Shown here: positions 62,501 to 64,000 of the stretch, piece after piece
Position numbering within the stretch: the first letter of the stretch is position 1
How the letters are laid out: each line of letters starts with the position of its first letter
Origin: Mustelus asterias
Taxonomy: Eukaryota
Direction of reading: 5' to 3'
Length of the DNA stretch: 64,000 nt
NCBI RefSeq assembly: GCF_964213995.1
Contig: NC_135806.1
Location: 59,086,001-59,150,000, forward strand
Position numbers and translations under genes: made by a program
Notes under the pieces: generated by a model
Told to the model about the DNA's origin: nothing
Databases searched by the model: none
What the model saw: only the letters and a program-made list of their open reading frames with translations

Positions 62501-64000
62501 TATCTCTCCTTAAATCCTCCTCTTCATCCCAAGAAAAGGTTAAATCATTGTCACTGGGAAATCCATCGATGTTAATAACAATGTTGTGATGGAAAAAAAA
62601 ATAAGTTTAAACAACTGACACAAAGACTTATGACAGCATTCATTCCTAACCACCTAATTTCCATTCTCAATTCCTGTGCAGCTCCCATATTAATCACAGG
62701 CTGGCCATGTTCATTGATCCAAGGCTAGAATCACAGGAACGAGTTTGGGGGAGAGGATTGTAGAATTGGAGAAGGTTGTGGGGATAGAGAGGGGCAATGC
62801 AAGAGATTCAAATGCAAAGATATGAATTTCAAATTTTAATCCATTATGGGATTGGGATCCAAAGACTTCCTGCACCCATCTCTATAAAACAACCTCCCTC
62901 CACTCCAACTGCAGCCCACCAGCCACTGAAACCATCATACATGCTTGAGGCACTTCCAGGCTTGATTACTCCAATAGAATATTGACTATTCTCCTCTCCT
63001 CTATCCATCATAACCCAGGTTAATACAGCATTCTGCTCTGCATATTTCATCCCTCACCAAGTCGCACTTGCTCATCATCCTCTTCCTTCTCGGACTACTT
63101 TGTCTCCCAATCCCCTAATACTACAAAAAAGGCCATTTACATTTTAATCTTCTGATGAGACAAACAGGATACTTCCATCCTTGGGCAGTTTCATGCATAT
63201 TTGAGGACAAAGAAGAAAGTCACCTGACTCCCTTGACTCCAACTTGTTACAACGTAGATTGCCCATTTTCCTTTTTAAGTGTTCATTTTTCATACATCTA
63301 TGGGTACACCTGAGTGAGCATGACACTTTACAGTTGCATCTCTCTAACGCATGTTTCTCTATTTCTCCCTGCATCTTACTAATCAAAGTCTCTCTTTCTT
63401 CCCCTGTATTTCCCTCCCACCCTCTTTGTATCTCTCCCGTTATCGTTCTCTATCTCTCTCTTTCTCTCTCTCCCTTCCTGTGTGTCTCTTTTAAGTGGCC
63501 CCACTTAAAGTCATAACTCATTAATGTTGTTTATCCTTTAGGGCCTTTTTCTGAAATTTACATCACCATTTTTGATTTCATATTGTCTGCACTCTTGCCT
63601 TGCCCTCTGTGTTAAACTTTGGGCCAGCCACTGCCATGTTCATGATCATGATTGAGCCGATAGTAATCTCAAATCTGCATCCCACCTACCCCAGATAACC
63701 TATCACCCGCTTGCTTCCCAAGAATCTATCCACTTCTGCCTTAAAAACATTCAAAGACTCTACTTCCACCACTTTCACTGGAAGAGAGTTCCAAAGACTC
63801 ACAATTTTCAGAGAAAACATTTATCTCCATTTTCAATGAGTTTTTGATTCTCCCACAAGAGGAAACATTCTCTCCCCATCCACCCTGTCCGGAACCTCAG
63901 GATCTAATGGGTTTCAAACAAGTTGCTCTTTTATTCTTCAAAACTCCAGCTGATACAAGTCCAGCCTGTCCAATCTTTTCAGGTTGCGAAAACAGTAACA
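56521..64000 (+). repeat. Near-identical direct copy of 45699-53181 (includes second copies of Gypsy pol, HE1 SINEs at about 57250-57598 and 59307-59654, the 3' LTR and the TIR element)
   Basis: ORF track repeats at offset 10822, then 10819 after a 3-bp indel (49877 ACAACAAG vs about 60699 ACAAG). Only scattered substitutions. Confidence 0.98.

Overview
This is eukaryotic, repeat-dominated, gene-poor DNA, almost certainly from an elasmobranch (shark): it carries HE1-type V-SINEs sharing 3' tails with CR1/HER1 LINEs, Deu-domain SINEs, L2, RTE and Rex1 remnants. I could not identify a host protein-coding gene. Nearly every long ORF is transposon-derived or an artefact of low-complexity sequence. 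Main structures: (1) a Penelope-like retroelement (14138-15413) with a GIY-YIG endonuclease, a 57-bp inverted terminal copy, a 12-bp target-site duplication (TSD) and a minimal hammerhead ribozyme, plus a 125-bp hairpin-only relative at 40730-40854; (2) many PIF/Harbinger remnants (DDE transposase plus an intron-containing Myb/SANT gene, including a convergent two-gene copy at about 15.6-17.3 kb) and a family of GC-rich non-autonomous elements with GGGCNG(A/G)ATTTT-like ends; (3) a decayed Gypsy LTR retrotransposon (43229-51316) with nested insertions; (4) a CR1-clade LINE that appears to lack ORF1 and shares both its 5' region and its 3' tail with a short tRNA-headed SINE; (5) a compound (TC)n-ATCCTGTA satellite running into a 200-N gap, followed by a near-identical second copy of 45699-53181, probably an uncollapsed haplotype; (6) a repeat-free island with clustered PBX/MEIS motifs that may be an enhancer. 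All family assignments come from motif recognition by eye, not database searches, and boundaries of old elements are approximate.
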